A DNA stretch of 32,744 bases, from positions 18,831,775 to 18,864,518 of the forward strand of contig NC_057718.1 of NCBI RefSeq assembly GCF_004010195.1, written 5' to 3'. Of this stretch, positions 1 through 10,929 are shown piece after piece (the first letter of the stretch is position 1; each line of letters starts with the position of its first letter). The notes beneath the pieces were generated by a model. The model saw only the letters and a list, made by a program, of their open reading frames with translations. It made no database searches and was not told where the DNA came from. The translations under genes and the position numbers were made by a program. This DNA is from Chiloscyllium plagiosum (Eukaryota).

Positions 1-83
1 GTACCCCGTTCTTGTGAGGGCATCCTTGAGGATGCCCTCACGTGACGGACACATGCACCCCTTCACAGACTTAAGACACTCTG

Positions 84-181
84 CACACTCACTACACACA
101 CACACACACACACTTTCTCACACTCACAACCCCCACCCCAGACAGACACACACACAGACAGACAAAGACCACATGCACACA
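84..181. repeat. (CA)n microsatellite and CA-rich low-complexity tract
   Basis: Pure AC run at about 94-113 plus interrupted CA/CAGA repeats; explains the HTHTH stretch in ORF 14..415. Confidence 0.9.
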
Positions 182-597
182 TATATATTGTGTGTGGTGA
201 ATTTTTTTGGTACTTTCAGAGTTACATTGCACTTTGCTCAAAAACCACATAGTTTCATGTCGAACTCTGAGCTCAAAAACTGCATGAATTTATGTAAAAC
301 TCTGTTATTTCACTTTTTAGATTGGAATCAATCTAAACATCAGGTCATAGACAGAGAACACAGGGGGCTAACACCTTCAACATATTGTCTGGCTACCACC
401 ATTGTTAACAGCTAACCCGAGAATACAACTTTAAAAAAAAGGGTTTTGTGATTTACATATGAAAGAAGTGAAACTATCACTGTATTCTAACAGATGAAAG
501 GCTTAACAGACAATCAATTCTTCAATGTATAATTTCAGTTACATCACACTGCAAATTTTTGCTATAAATTCTGTGTTACGATCGAGCCCTCCACAAT

Positions 598-632
598 CAC
601 CTGATGAAGGAGCGTCGCTCCGAAAGCTAGTG
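598..632 (+). ncRNA. Minimal type I hammerhead ribozyme motif (PLE-associated)
   Basis: CAC-CTGATGA(601-607)-A-GGAGCG/T/CGCTCC inverted repeat (stem II)-GAAA(622-625)-GC-TA-GTG. Stem I is CAC/GTG, stem III is the palindrome AGCT, and cleavage is predicted after A629. Confidence 0.7.
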
Positions 633-855
633 TGCTTCCAATTAAACCTGTTGGACTATAACCTGGTGTTGTGTGATTTTTAACTTCTAAAATTGAGTTG
701 CCTGATAATGATGAGGATGCTGTTGCAATGTCAAAAGCATTTTGTTGATATAGTGCCTTTTACATCTTCCACTTTGCGTCAGTGGAGTAATTTGAAGTGT
801 GATTACTGTATTAAAGGTAATTATTGCAATTCTAGCTGATATTGCATTTTTGAAA

Positions 856-1190
856 ATTCATTCACAGGATGTGGGTGACACTGGCTAAGCGAGCATTTCT
901 TGCACATCTCTAATTGTCCAAAGAACAGTTAAGAAGTAACCACATTGCTGTGGGTCTCTAGTCACATGCAGGCCAGCCCAAGTTAGGACAACAGTTTACT
1001 TCCTTAAAGGACATTAGTGAACCAGATAGGTTCTTCCGCCAACAATTGGAAACGGTCATCATTAGACTCAATTCCAGATTTTTATTCAATTCAAATTCTA
1101 CCAAGACAAGATTCAAAATCAGGTCCAGGAACATTACATGGGTCTCTGGACTAATAGACTAACAATAATATCACTAAGCCATTGCCTCCC
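856..1190 (-). mobile_element. tRNA-derived SINE with LINE-like 3' tail
   Basis: Minus strand starts GGGAGGCAATGGCTTAGTGATATT (A-box-like) and ends ...CACATCCTGTGAATGAAT; homologous to the plus-strand copy at 5347-5608. Confidence 0.8.
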
Positions 1191-1399
1191 TGCTGATTAG
1201 GTCAGATCCTAAAATTAAATCTAACTTGATCGATCATATTTTGTTTCATTTAATGTGAAAAACAATCACTGAAATGTAGATACATTAGGCTGTGTTAACA
1301 ATAAAACAGAAGTTTACTACACAAATGGAAAAAGACAAAGCTATTTAAACATTGATCACAGTTTTAAAAATCTTGAAACACACTGCAAAACAAAGCCTC

Positions 1400-1972
1400 A
1401 TTGGTTAGGCCACTGTTGGAATATTACGTGCAATTCTGGTCTCCTTCCTATCGGAGAGATGTTGTGAAACTTGAAAGGGTTCAGAAAAGAATCACAAGGA
1501 TGTTGCCAGGTTGGAGGATTGAGCTATGGGGAGAGGCTAAACAGGCTGAAGCTGTTTTCCCTGGAGCGTTGGAGGCTGAGGGGTGACCTTATAGAGGTTT
1601 ACAAAATTATGAGGGGCATAGATAGGGTAAATAGGCAAAGTCTTTTCCCTGGAGTCAGGGAGTCCAGAACTAGAGGGCATAGGTTTAGGGTGAGAGAGGA
1701 AAGATACAAAAGAGACCTACGGGGCAACTTTTCACACAGAGGGTAGTACGTGTATGGAATGAGCTGGCAGAGGAAGTGGTAGAGGCTGGTACAATTGAAA
1801 CATTTAAGAGGCATTTGGATGGGTAAATGAATAGGAAGGGTTTGGAGGGATATGGGCCGGGTGCTGGCAGGTGGGACTAGATTGGGCTGGGATATCAGGT
1901 CGGCATAGACGGGTTGGACTGAAGGGTCTGTTTCCATGCTGGACATCTCTATGACTCTATGACTCTATGACT
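1400..1972 (+). mobile_element. CR1 LINE 3' fragment (ORF2 C-terminus, 3' UTR, (CTCTATGA)n tail)
   Basis: LVRPLLEYYVQFWSP and LERWRLRGDLIEVYKIM motifs in frameshifted ORFs; 8-nt tandem tail at about 1946-1972. Confidence 0.95.
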
Positions 1973-2620
1973 GTTTCTTTACAGTGGTGTGATGCCAAAG
2001 AATTATCCTTCTGTATCATGTCTTTAAATTTGACTCAATTTCTCCTCCTCAGCTCTCTCCTGTGAAGTCTTCCTACCTGAATACTCAGGAAACTGAAATC
2101 TGAAACTTTCTCAGCCTTTTAATAGTCGACAGATTTTTAAACAAACACTCCTAGATTGAAAGTTTCACAAGGTAAATACTTACACAAGGTAACTAACTTT
2201 CCTCCAGACTGTCCTGTACATCTTTCTATGAGAGAAACTATATTTGTTTCTGACCCTAATTAGTTCTCCTCCAAAAGTGCCCTAAAAGCCTTCAGTCTCT
2301 CGGCTTCCTGAGAGAAAATCAATCCCTGATTATTCTAAACCAAACGCAACCTAATTTCTTTTAATATTTACTCTCCTCATTGTAAACAGTATTGACAATC
2401 TTCCATTAACACTCCAGGGGCTTTACAATCACCTACCCTCTGACATAATTGATTAGACTATGATTCCTTTTCTGTCACCCTCCTTTAAATCCTACACAAA
2501 AGTAACCAACATCATTAGTTTGAAATCCAAACTCTAACAAATTATCACATATCTTTCATCCTGCCTTGCTTCAGCCAATTTGCACAAAATAAGTTCTCAC
2601 AAACAGCAGAGTGAAAATTA

Positions 2621-4598
2621 AACCCAGCCAGGTGGTTGAAGTTTCAGTAGGAGATTATTTTGGAAATAGTGATCACAATTCCGTAAGTTTTGAAATACTC
2701 ATGGACAAAGACAAGAGTGGTCCTAAAGGAAGAATGTTAAACTGGGTGAATGCAAAATTCAGCAGGGCCTGGGGAAGGTGAATTGGGAGCAGCTGTTTGA
2801 AGGTAAATTCTTATTTGATATGTGGGAGGCTTTTAAAGAGAGGTTGATTAGAGTATGGGACAGACGTGACCCTGTGAAAATAAGGGATAGAAATGACAAG
2901 ATTAGGGAACCATGGATGACAGGTGAAATTGTGAGACTAGCTAAGAGAAAAAAAAGCATACATAAGGTCTAGGTGACTGAAAACAAATGAAGCTTTGGAA
3001 GAATATTGGGTAAGTAGGACCAGACTGAAATGAGGAATTAAAAGGACTAAAACGGTCATGAAATATCTTAAGCAAACAAGGTTAAGGCAAATCCCAAAGT
3101 CTTTTATTTGTATATAAGGAGCAAGAGGGTAACTGATGAAATGGTTGGCCCACTTAAGGGCAAAGGAAGAAAGTTATGCATGGAGTCAGAGAAAATGGGT
3201 GAGATTCTTAATGAGTACTTTGCATCAGTATTCACTGAGGAAAGGGACATAATGGATGTTGAGGGATAGATGTTTTATTACTCTAGGTCAAGTTGGCATA
3301 AGGATGGAGGAGGTGTTGGGTATTCTAAAAGGCATTAAGGTGAACTAGTCCTCAAGTCTGGAGGGGATCTATCCCAGGTTACTGAGGGAAATGAGTGAGG
3401 AAATAGCTGGGGCCTTAACAGATTTCTTTGCAGCATCCTTGAACACAGGTGAGGTCCCAGAGGACTGGAGAATTACTAACGTTGTCTCCTTGTTTAAGAA
3501 GGGTAGCAAGGATAATCCAAGTAATTATAGACCGGTGAGCCTGACATCAGTGGTAGGGAAGCTGCTGGAGAAGATACTGAGGAATAGGATCTATTTACAT
3601 TTGGAAGAAAATGGGTTTATCAGTGATAGGCAACATGGTTTTGTGCAAGGAAGGTCATGCCTTACCAACTTAATAGAATTCTTTGAGAAAGTGACAAAGT
3701 TGATTGTTGAGGAAAGGGCTGTTGATGTCAAACACATGGATTTCAGTAACATGTTTGATAAGGTTCCCCATAGTAGGCTAATGGAGAGAGTGAAGTCACA
3801 TGAGGTCCAGGGTGTACTATCTAGCTGGACAGCAGGAGACAGAAAGTAGTAGTGGAAGGGAGTTTCTCAAAATAGAGAATTGTGACCAGTGGTGTTCCAC
3901 AGGGATCCGGTGTTGGAACCACTGTTGTTTGTGATTTGCATAAATGATTTGGAGGAAAGTATATGTGGTCTAATGAGCAAGTTTGCAGATGACACTCAGA
4001 TTGGTGGAGTAGCAGATAGTGAAGGGGACTGTCAGAGAATGCAGCAGAATATGGATAGATCGGAGAGATGGGTGGAGACATGGCAGATGGAGTTCAATCC
4101 AGGCAAATGAGAGGTGATGCACTTTGAAAGATCCAATTCAAGTGTGAACTATACGGTAAATGGAAAGGTCCTGGGGAGGGCTGATGTGCAGACAGATCTG
4201 GGTGTTCGGGTCCATTGTTCTCTGAAGGTGACAATGCAGGTTTATGGGATAGTCAAGAAGGCATATGGCATGCTTTCCTTCATCGGATGGGGTATTGAGT
4301 ACAGGAGTAGGCACCTATACAACACAGTTCGGGGTGAGAGGGGAAAAGTTTAGGGAAGATGCGCATGGAGAGTTCTTTACATAGGGGGTGGTGAGTGCCT
4401 GGAACGTATTGTCGGCGGAGGTGATGGAGGTGGGTATCATTTGAAATGTATCTGGATGGACACATTAATGGGCAGGGAGCAGAGAGATACAGATCCTTAG
4501 AAAATAGGCGACAGGCTTAGATAGAGGATCTGGATTGGCGCAGGCTTGGAGGGCCAAAGGGCTTGTTCTTGTGCTGTAATTTTCTTTGTTCTTTGTTC
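2621..4598 (+). mobile_element. CR1 LINE, 5'-truncated, decayed ORF2 (endonuclease end plus reverse transcriptase)
   Basis: GNSDHNS endonuclease motif near 2660; NYRPVSLTSVVGKLLE, QHGFVQGRSCLTNL and SKFADD RT motifs; multiple stops and frameshifts; internal deletion near 4310; (TGTTCTT)n tail. Confidence 0.95.
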
Positions 4599-4611
4599 CA
4601 ATCAATGTTCT

Positions 4612-4738
4612 GGGTGGATGGGTCTCTTTTAGCGCAGTGATAGCATCCCCACTTTTGGCCCAGGGCACCTAAATTCAAGATTTACTTACTCCAGAGTTGT
4701 GCAATAACATCTCTGACCAGGTTGTTTGTAAAATATCA
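4612..4738 (+). mobile_element. Short tRNA-derived SINE, decayed
   Basis: TAGCGCAGTGATAG A-box-like and ATTCAAG B-box-like motifs; similar to 4872-4985 and 7717-7777. Confidence 0.55.
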
Positions 4739-4741
4739 GCA

Positions 4742-4835
4742 GGGGGAGGTGGTGGCATATTGGCTTGGTCACTAAACTAGAACATCAAGCTGACATTCTG
4801 GGGAAATAGGTTCAAATGCCACCATTGTAGACTTT
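4742..4835 (+). mobile_element. tRNA-derived SINE head fragment (same type as 5347-5608)
   Basis: GGGGAGGTGGTGGCATATTGG...TTCTGGGGAAATAGGTTCAAATGCCACC aligns by eye with the 5' end of the 5347 copy. Confidence 0.55.
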
Positions 4836-4871
4836 TGAAAAAAAAATCAAGCCTCCAACATAGGGGAGGGG

Positions 4872-4985
4872 CATGTTCTCTTGTGGTGCAGTAGAAATGT
4901 CCTTACCTCTAGACCAGGAAGTCTGGGTTCAGGCCCCATCTGCTTCAGAGGTGTGCAATGATGTTGCTGAACAGGTAAAAAATCA
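4872..4985 (+). mobile_element. Short tRNA-derived SINE
   Basis: GTGGTGCAGTAG A-box-like and GGGTTCAGGCCCC B-box-like motifs; body matches 4612-4738. Confidence 0.6.
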
Positions 4986-5225
4986 AGTCTGCAAAGTGGG
5001 TTGGAAGCCAGAAAATTACAAACCGTGAGTTGGTCACTGGCACAGGAAAGGTAATGATAAACCCCACCATGATTTTAATAATGTGAACTTCGAAACTAAC
5101 CATTGAGCCAACAGTCTTTAGCCATAGTGGATGACAGCTGAAATCTTGTCTTTTGTCAGGCATATTGTTTAATTTTTAAGTGCATTAGATTTCAAGATAC
5201 TACAAGTGCATTTATCCCTGCAAGG

Positions 5226-5278
5226 ACAGGTTGGACCAAAGGGTCTGTTTCCATGCTGTACATCTCTATGACTCTATG
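5226..5278 (+). mobile_element. Very short CR1 3' end insertion
   Basis: GGTTGGACCAAAGGGTCTGTTTCCATGCTGTACATCTCTATGACTCTATG is nearly identical to the 3' end at 1912-1961. Confidence 0.85.
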
Positions 5279-5346
5279 TTAAGTTTCATTCCTAAAACCA
5301 AAAATAAGCATGTATATTTTAATACGTCTCCCATGAATTAGATGTG

Positions 5347-5608
5347 GGGAGGCAACAGCCAAGTGGTATTTTCACTGGACTGTTAATCCAGAGACCCAGG
5401 TAATGCTCTGGGGACCTGGGTTCAAATCATTCCAAGTCAGATGGTGGAATTTGAATTCAGTAAACATCTGGAATTAATAATCTAATGATGACAATGAATT
5501 CATTGTGGATTGTCAGAAAAACCCATCTTGTTCATTAACATCCTTTAGGGAAAAAAACTACCATGGTTATCTGGACTGACCTACATTTGACTCCAAACCC
5601 ATAGCAAT
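5347..5608 (+). mobile_element. tRNA-derived SINE, 3' part replaced or interrupted by an HE1 SINE
   Basis: A/B-box head (GCCAAGTGG; GGGTTCAAATC); homologous to the reverse complement of about 945-1190. Confidence 0.8.
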
Positions 5609-5610
5609 CA

Positions 5611-5921
5611 GGGCAACTCGGTGGCTCAGTGGTTAGCACTGCTGCCTCGCAGCACCAGGGACCCGGGTTCATTTCCACCTCGGGTGGCTGTCTGTGTGGA
5701 ATTTGCACATTCTCCCTGTGTCTGTGTAGGCTTCATCCAACAATCCAAAGATGTGCAGGTCAGGTGAATTGGCCATGCTAAATTGCCCACCATGTTAGGT
5801 GCATTAGTCAGAGGTAAATATAGGGTAGAGGAATGGGACTGTGTGGGTTACTCTTCGCAGAACTGGTGTGGACTTATTGGGCCGAAGGGCCTGTTTCCAT
5901 ACTGTAGGGAATCTAATCTAA
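5611..5921 (+). mobile_element. HE1-type V-SINE
   Basis: GGTGGCTCAGTGGTTAGCACTGCTGCCTC head, CTGTGTGGAATTTGCACATTCTCCC V-domain-like core, CR1-like 3' end GGGCCGAAGGGCCTGTTTCC, (AATCT)n tail. Confidence 0.9.
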
Positions 5922-5964
5922 ACAGTTTACATAATAATGATAGTGGTACTAACATTGGCCAGTA

Positions 5965-6186
5965 CACCAGGGAGAGCTTTCCTGGCCTTCTTCACATTGT
6001 GTTATAGGATTTATATCCTTTTGAGTTTAATATTTATTTTGAAAGATGACAGTTCTAACATAGCAGGATTTCATCAGTACTGCATTTAAAAGCCAGTATG
6101 GATTAAGACTCAGGTCTCAGGAACAGAACTTGAACATAACCTTCCAATTAAGTGACAAAAGTATTGTCCACTGAGCTATGACTGAC
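5965..6186 (-). mobile_element. Deu-domain SINE (SacSINE1/AmnSINE1-like), old 5' part
   Basis: Minus strand TGTCAGTCATAGCTCAGTGG...GTTCAAGTTC head followed by TGCAGTACTGATGAAATCCTGC...GTCATCTTTCAAAA, recognised as a Deu-like core. Confidence 0.65.
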
Positions 6187-7716
6187 ACAACAAACTCCAA
6201 TCTTATTGGATAAAACTTAGATCCAACTATTGCCACATGAAATGTAGAGATCAACAGTCCTTTCCAGAACATTTTTTTGGTTCAGCTGAATGCCTAAAGT
6301 ATTGCACACAGAACTGACAGAACATAGAGGGTGTTGGAGGCAATCCTAAGATAATCAGCAAACAGAGCTTAGTTCATTGGTTATAAAAGGTATTGAACTT
6401 GGGTCAGGCAGTTAGAGGTAACATAGGTCATGCACATCCGCAAAGCATTACTATTGCATAATTTCTAAGGGACTTAGCTGGAAACGTGTACAAATATTGC
6501 TAAGGTCAAGAGCTTAACCGGAAAAACTGCCATAGCTACTCTGATTGACATGGTTAAAAATAATGTGTAGAAAATGTATACATGAATGCAAGCAAGTGAT
6601 AGTAATCTTTGTTGATAAGAGATATATGATTCTAAATTGATGAATCCAGTTCGTCATGTCTGTGTCACTGGATGACAGCATTTGATTTGATGCATGAAAT
6701 AACTTAGTTCTTTGGGACTCAGTGAGCTGAGAAGTAAGAATCAGTGATGTCTATCAAACTAATTCACAACTATTTTATCATGCCTGGTGTACAGACGGAC
6801 CAGGTTTTATTACTGCAGATTGGTTGTGACAGGTCCTGATCTAAAGCTGTGTATTAGAAATTTCTGAAAAACTGTGGCCCTTTTGATTACCCTTTGTCAT
6901 TTTCTTCAGCCATCATCAAGGTGACTTGAGGTAATATGGTAGGATTACTGAACTAAAGAGGTGCTACTCCCTCATGATGGATGGCTATTATGACTGGAAT
7001 TGATTTTGAAATAGTTTCAAACTTTCACTATAGTTTTAATCCAAACCAGAGATATAGTAAATGGGCACAATAAAGAACTAGAGCATCCAATTTCTACCCT
7101 TGTCTGTGACTTTTTTTTCCAGAATTACTCAGTTTGTTTAAAATCATTTTTAATGGGGAACTTCTGTTAAATGAATACAAGGGGAACAAAGTCTGGCTCA
7201 GTCGATCAGTTTGTTCCATCCATTAGCTCCAGTTTCAATACCCAATTTTTCATCTTTTCCCACCCAAAACCATAATCTTCACTTTCCTGTTGAAACTGGA
7301 GATCATCCAGTGATGAAGTGGAAACAGTTTTTACTGGACTTGCTTGAAGTATATTCCGTACATTTAACTGTACAGTTGCACTAATTTTGGATTCACAGTG
7401 CATTACATGCTACGTGTGTCTGAAGATAAAAAGCTTTTGTTTAAGCATTTGGTTCCAGTGTTCTATCTAATTCTCCTGCCTATGAGTCCTAACAATGAAT
7501 GGAAGAATAGTCAAACAAAGGCAGCTTGAATTGTTGAGACTCTAACTGGAGGGATGGAGGAATTGCAACCCTCAGCTCTAACACTTTTCCAACATGCGTA
7601 CAAAAATTAATTTCCTTGCTAGATATGCTTAGGCAAAGCTTTGACACCTGATTTGACACCTGAGCAATTATTGACTGTTATATCTGTGACATTGGAAGGT
7701 GCTGTTGTGGTGCAGT

Positions 7717-7777
7717 GGTCTCTTGTGTTGCAGTGGTAGTGTCCCTATCTCTTAGCCAAGAGGCCCAGGTTCAAATT
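7717..7777 (+). mobile_element. tRNA-derived SINE head fragment
   Basis: GGTCTCTTGTGTTGCAGTGGTAGTGTCCCTATCTC...CCCAGGTTCAAA matches the 4872 copy. Confidence 0.55.
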
Positions 7778-8023
7778 GTTTTTGGTACAGATTCCGGTAT
7801 CTGTAGTAATTTGCACCAAGATGCTGAGAGGCTATATGTTTTTGAAAATGTGTGTTTTCCTGATCTCCAGCCATCTTTCTTGAGAAGTTAGACCACACTT
7901 CCAGTGAGATATTCACCTCAAACTGACAAAACTCTGGTAGAATTTCAGGGCCCATGACTTTAGTTGCTTCATTTGTAAGTGCCTTTTCCTCTTTCCATTA
8001 AGGTACAGCAATGTCACAGATAT

Positions 8024-8344
8024 GAATAGACATTGGGAAGATGTTTCCATTAGTAGGAGACACTAGGACCCAAAGGGCATTCTTAGACTAAAGGGAAGAT
8101 CCTTTAGAATTTTTCAGCCAGAGAGTGGTGAGTCTGTGGAATTCACTGCCACAGAAGGCTGTGGAGGCCAGATCATTGAGTATATTTAAAACTGAGATAG
8201 ATAGGTTCTTGAGTATCAAGGGGATTAAGGGTTATGGGGGCAAAGTGAGAGATTGGGGATGAGAAACTTATCAGCCATGATTGAATGGTGAAGCAGACTC
8301 AATGGGCTGAATGCCCTAATTTCTGCTCCTATGTCTTATGGTCT
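8024..8344 (+). mobile_element. CR1 LINE 3' fragment
   Basis: TTCAGCCAGAGAGTGGTGAGTCTGTGGAATTCACTGCC (FSQRVVSLWNSLP); 3' UTR and TCTTATGG tail like 27880-27968. Confidence 0.9.
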
Positions 8345-9389
8345 ATAACCTAACACTCACCCATGGAGGATGGGTATGCACTTGGAAGTCAATGGAATCT
8401 GCTCCCTTTGAAGAACCTGCTTAAATAAAACTTCATATCTCCAAAGTATGCAATCTCATTCTTGTTTGGCATGCAAGGGGATTGGCAGAGGATGGAAGAC
8501 AAATCGTGATGCACTATTCCCCTTGAGGAACTGTAAGAGATTGTACAAATAAGTGAAAAACAAATCCCGACTTGGCTCTGTGGTCATAAAACTGCAGCAG
8601 CCTTGTTTGTCATTCTGCATCGACCCTACTTTAAAGTTGATATGTAAAAACCCTATTCTAGTCACACCCCGGCAGCAAAAGAGTCACATTGTCAGCGTAG
8701 CATCATTATGTTGCTCTTTTGCAAAGGAACAAGCAAATTCTTTTCTAACTCAGCCCAGTGACTCAAAGGCAATGAAATCTTCAAGATTGCCAGTGTATAA
8801 CAGGTGATGTGGGCCTGTGTGTTCAGACTGCCTAATAGCTGCAATTATTTTGCTCTCTGCATGCCATAACAAATGTATTTTGCCAATGGAAATATTTACA
8901 CAGTCCAAAGAGAAAAGAAACTGACAGGTTCACTATAGCACCTAAGCTGAATTACCTGCTTGGAACTGATGCATTAGATGGACAAAATGATTGAAAAGGT
9001 TTCCAGTTTTAAGCATAAAATGAATTACAGCCCAAGAGTATGGTTTGCAGCTTTCAGGTTGTTATGACAGGATCTCTTGCCCAGGGTGCAGAAATAACTT
9101 TGAATGACCAATGATGCCATAAGGCATATGCACTCTCAAATATTTCTTTATCTCACAGGCTAAATGCTGACCACCATAATCATTAACTACAGTCTCCGAT
9201 ACTCACTCCCTTTACTTCCTTCGGTATGCAGACCTGCCAACCATCAATCATCAAGAACAGCAACCATTCATTTTGGTTTTAAAACCTGGCCCTTTTTGTT
9301 CTGTGTTTACAGAACAAACACACTGTTTAAATTTATTGGGCCAGAATTTGCTGAGGAAATTGCAACGTCTCAATGATGCATGCCATTGT

Positions 9390-9546
9390 TTATTTTATTC
9401 GTTCATGTGAAATAGGTGCTGCTGCCAAGGCTATCATTTACTGGACATCCCTAATTGCCCTTGAGAATGTGGTGGTGAGCTGCTAACTTGAAATACTATG
9501 GACCAGCAGGTACACAGGAAAGGATTGCCAAGATTTTAACCCAGTG
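9390..9546 (-). mobile_element. LINE 3' end fragment (CR1/L2/Crack group)
   Basis: Minus strand CTCACCACCACATTCTCAAGGGCAATTAGGGATG...ATGAACGAATAAAA; same tail type as 31250-31335. Confidence 0.65.
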
Positions 9547-10929
9547 TTTATGTGAAAAATCAACCAACAACGCATAGCAGGAAAGATATACCTCGTGCAT
9601 TGCAAAGCTCCTCAAGTTGTTGAACCATCTACATTGTTGTGCGTTTAGCTTCATAAAAATGTCATTTCACAGAAGCATCTGTATGTCAACATTATTTGTC
9701 TATTAAACTTAGCACTGAAATTTAATTCAAGTAACAAACTATTGCATCATTTAGTGATGCAATAATTGGTATTAACACCCAAAAAAACTCTTTTACCCAG
9801 AAAGTAAACCTTAAATTGTGAAGCTTCATTCTTTTAGGTTGTGAACTGTTCATAAAAATACTAAAAGCAGAATCCTATCAGGATCTGAGTGACATAGGCT
9901 GTGGTGAGATGATGGTAGAATCAGGTAAGAAGATTGTGAGCTCCATCGCGACATCAAGATCATCTCGCTGCATCTTGTAAACTTTTCTGAGACAGCGTGG
10001 TGAAATTCTCTTTAGGCAGCAGTGAGTTCCAAAATGACACTCATTATTGCTTGTTAACTGCATTGTTAACAGACCAACTTACCAGACTCACCATACAAAC
10101 ACAATGTGGAACTAGAAATGGGTTCTTGGCAAGTTCAACACACTATTTATCCCAAAGACCTCCATGTTAGACATTGGTTGCCAACATCTCAGGGCGCATT
10201 CCATAGGTACTGGTCACACACACTTCATATCAAAAGATATTGGCAACCAAAATGTGCCACCCTCTATGAACTTGCATATTATATTACCGACCATTTAGAG
10301 GACGCTTCTGCACTTCAATGATGCACAGCAGACTGCACATGCAACTATCATTGTGATTCTGCACTTTGTGCTCAGGGACATGCACCCAGTTCGTGGACTG
10401 GACCAGACTGCATCACAGAAATCTTTGCTTGATCTCATAGCACCCACTCAACTCTAAGTCTACCTGGATGCTCACTGCATCCCTGCCTTGCATTGTCTTG
10501 CTTTGCCTTACTGTGCATTGGCCAGAGATATCAGGCTCATATTTCTACTACCTTATCTTGCTGTTTAGCTTAGAGAGAAAGTCAAGAAGCTTGCCACAGT
10601 TGTCAGCAGGCCTTAATCCAGTCAAGAAAGTTCAGTAAGTCAAGGACAGCATCTGACACCAGTCAAAATGGTCAGAGATAGGAAGGGATAATGAGCTGAA
10701 TGAGGGACAGCCCACCAACCATCTTAACTCTTTCAGCCCTATTGTGGATTGTTTTCCTCCCGGAATGTGAGAAAGGCAGTATTATGGAAGATAAAAAAGG
10801 GTGGCATGGGCATTACTTTTGGTGCAGATGGGTAGGCCTTCCAAGTGAGTGAGTAGCCTGCTCAGAGGGTGTTCAGAGTTAGTGGTGTCCCAAGTTGGTT
10901 GAGTGAGGACAAGTAGAGATGATGTTTTG

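Larger units (their letters stand above)
1..685 (+). mobile_element. Penelope-like element 3' region / pseudo-LTR (continues left of the window)
   Basis: CA-rich tract followed by a terminal segment with a CTGATGA...GAAA hammerhead core. Positions 592-685 are identical (94/94) to the reverse complement of 28747-28840. Confidence 0.75.

Noticed and set aside
14..415. 133-aa His/Thr-rich ORF
   Set aside because: Product of a CA microsatellite in PLE-associated sequence.
2089..2108. GAAACTGAAATCTGAAACT, ISRE/IRF-like motif
   Set aside because: Short A-rich motif with no promoter or gene context.
5611..5690. tRNA-like sequence
   Set aside because: SINE head continuing into an HE1 body; no proper acceptor stem or cloverleaf.
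7206..7403. 65-aa minus ORF in non-repeat DNA (and similar short ORFs at 8553, 12280, 13122 and 21748)
   Set aside because: No recognisable domain or consistent splice-site pair; lengths are compatible with chance.
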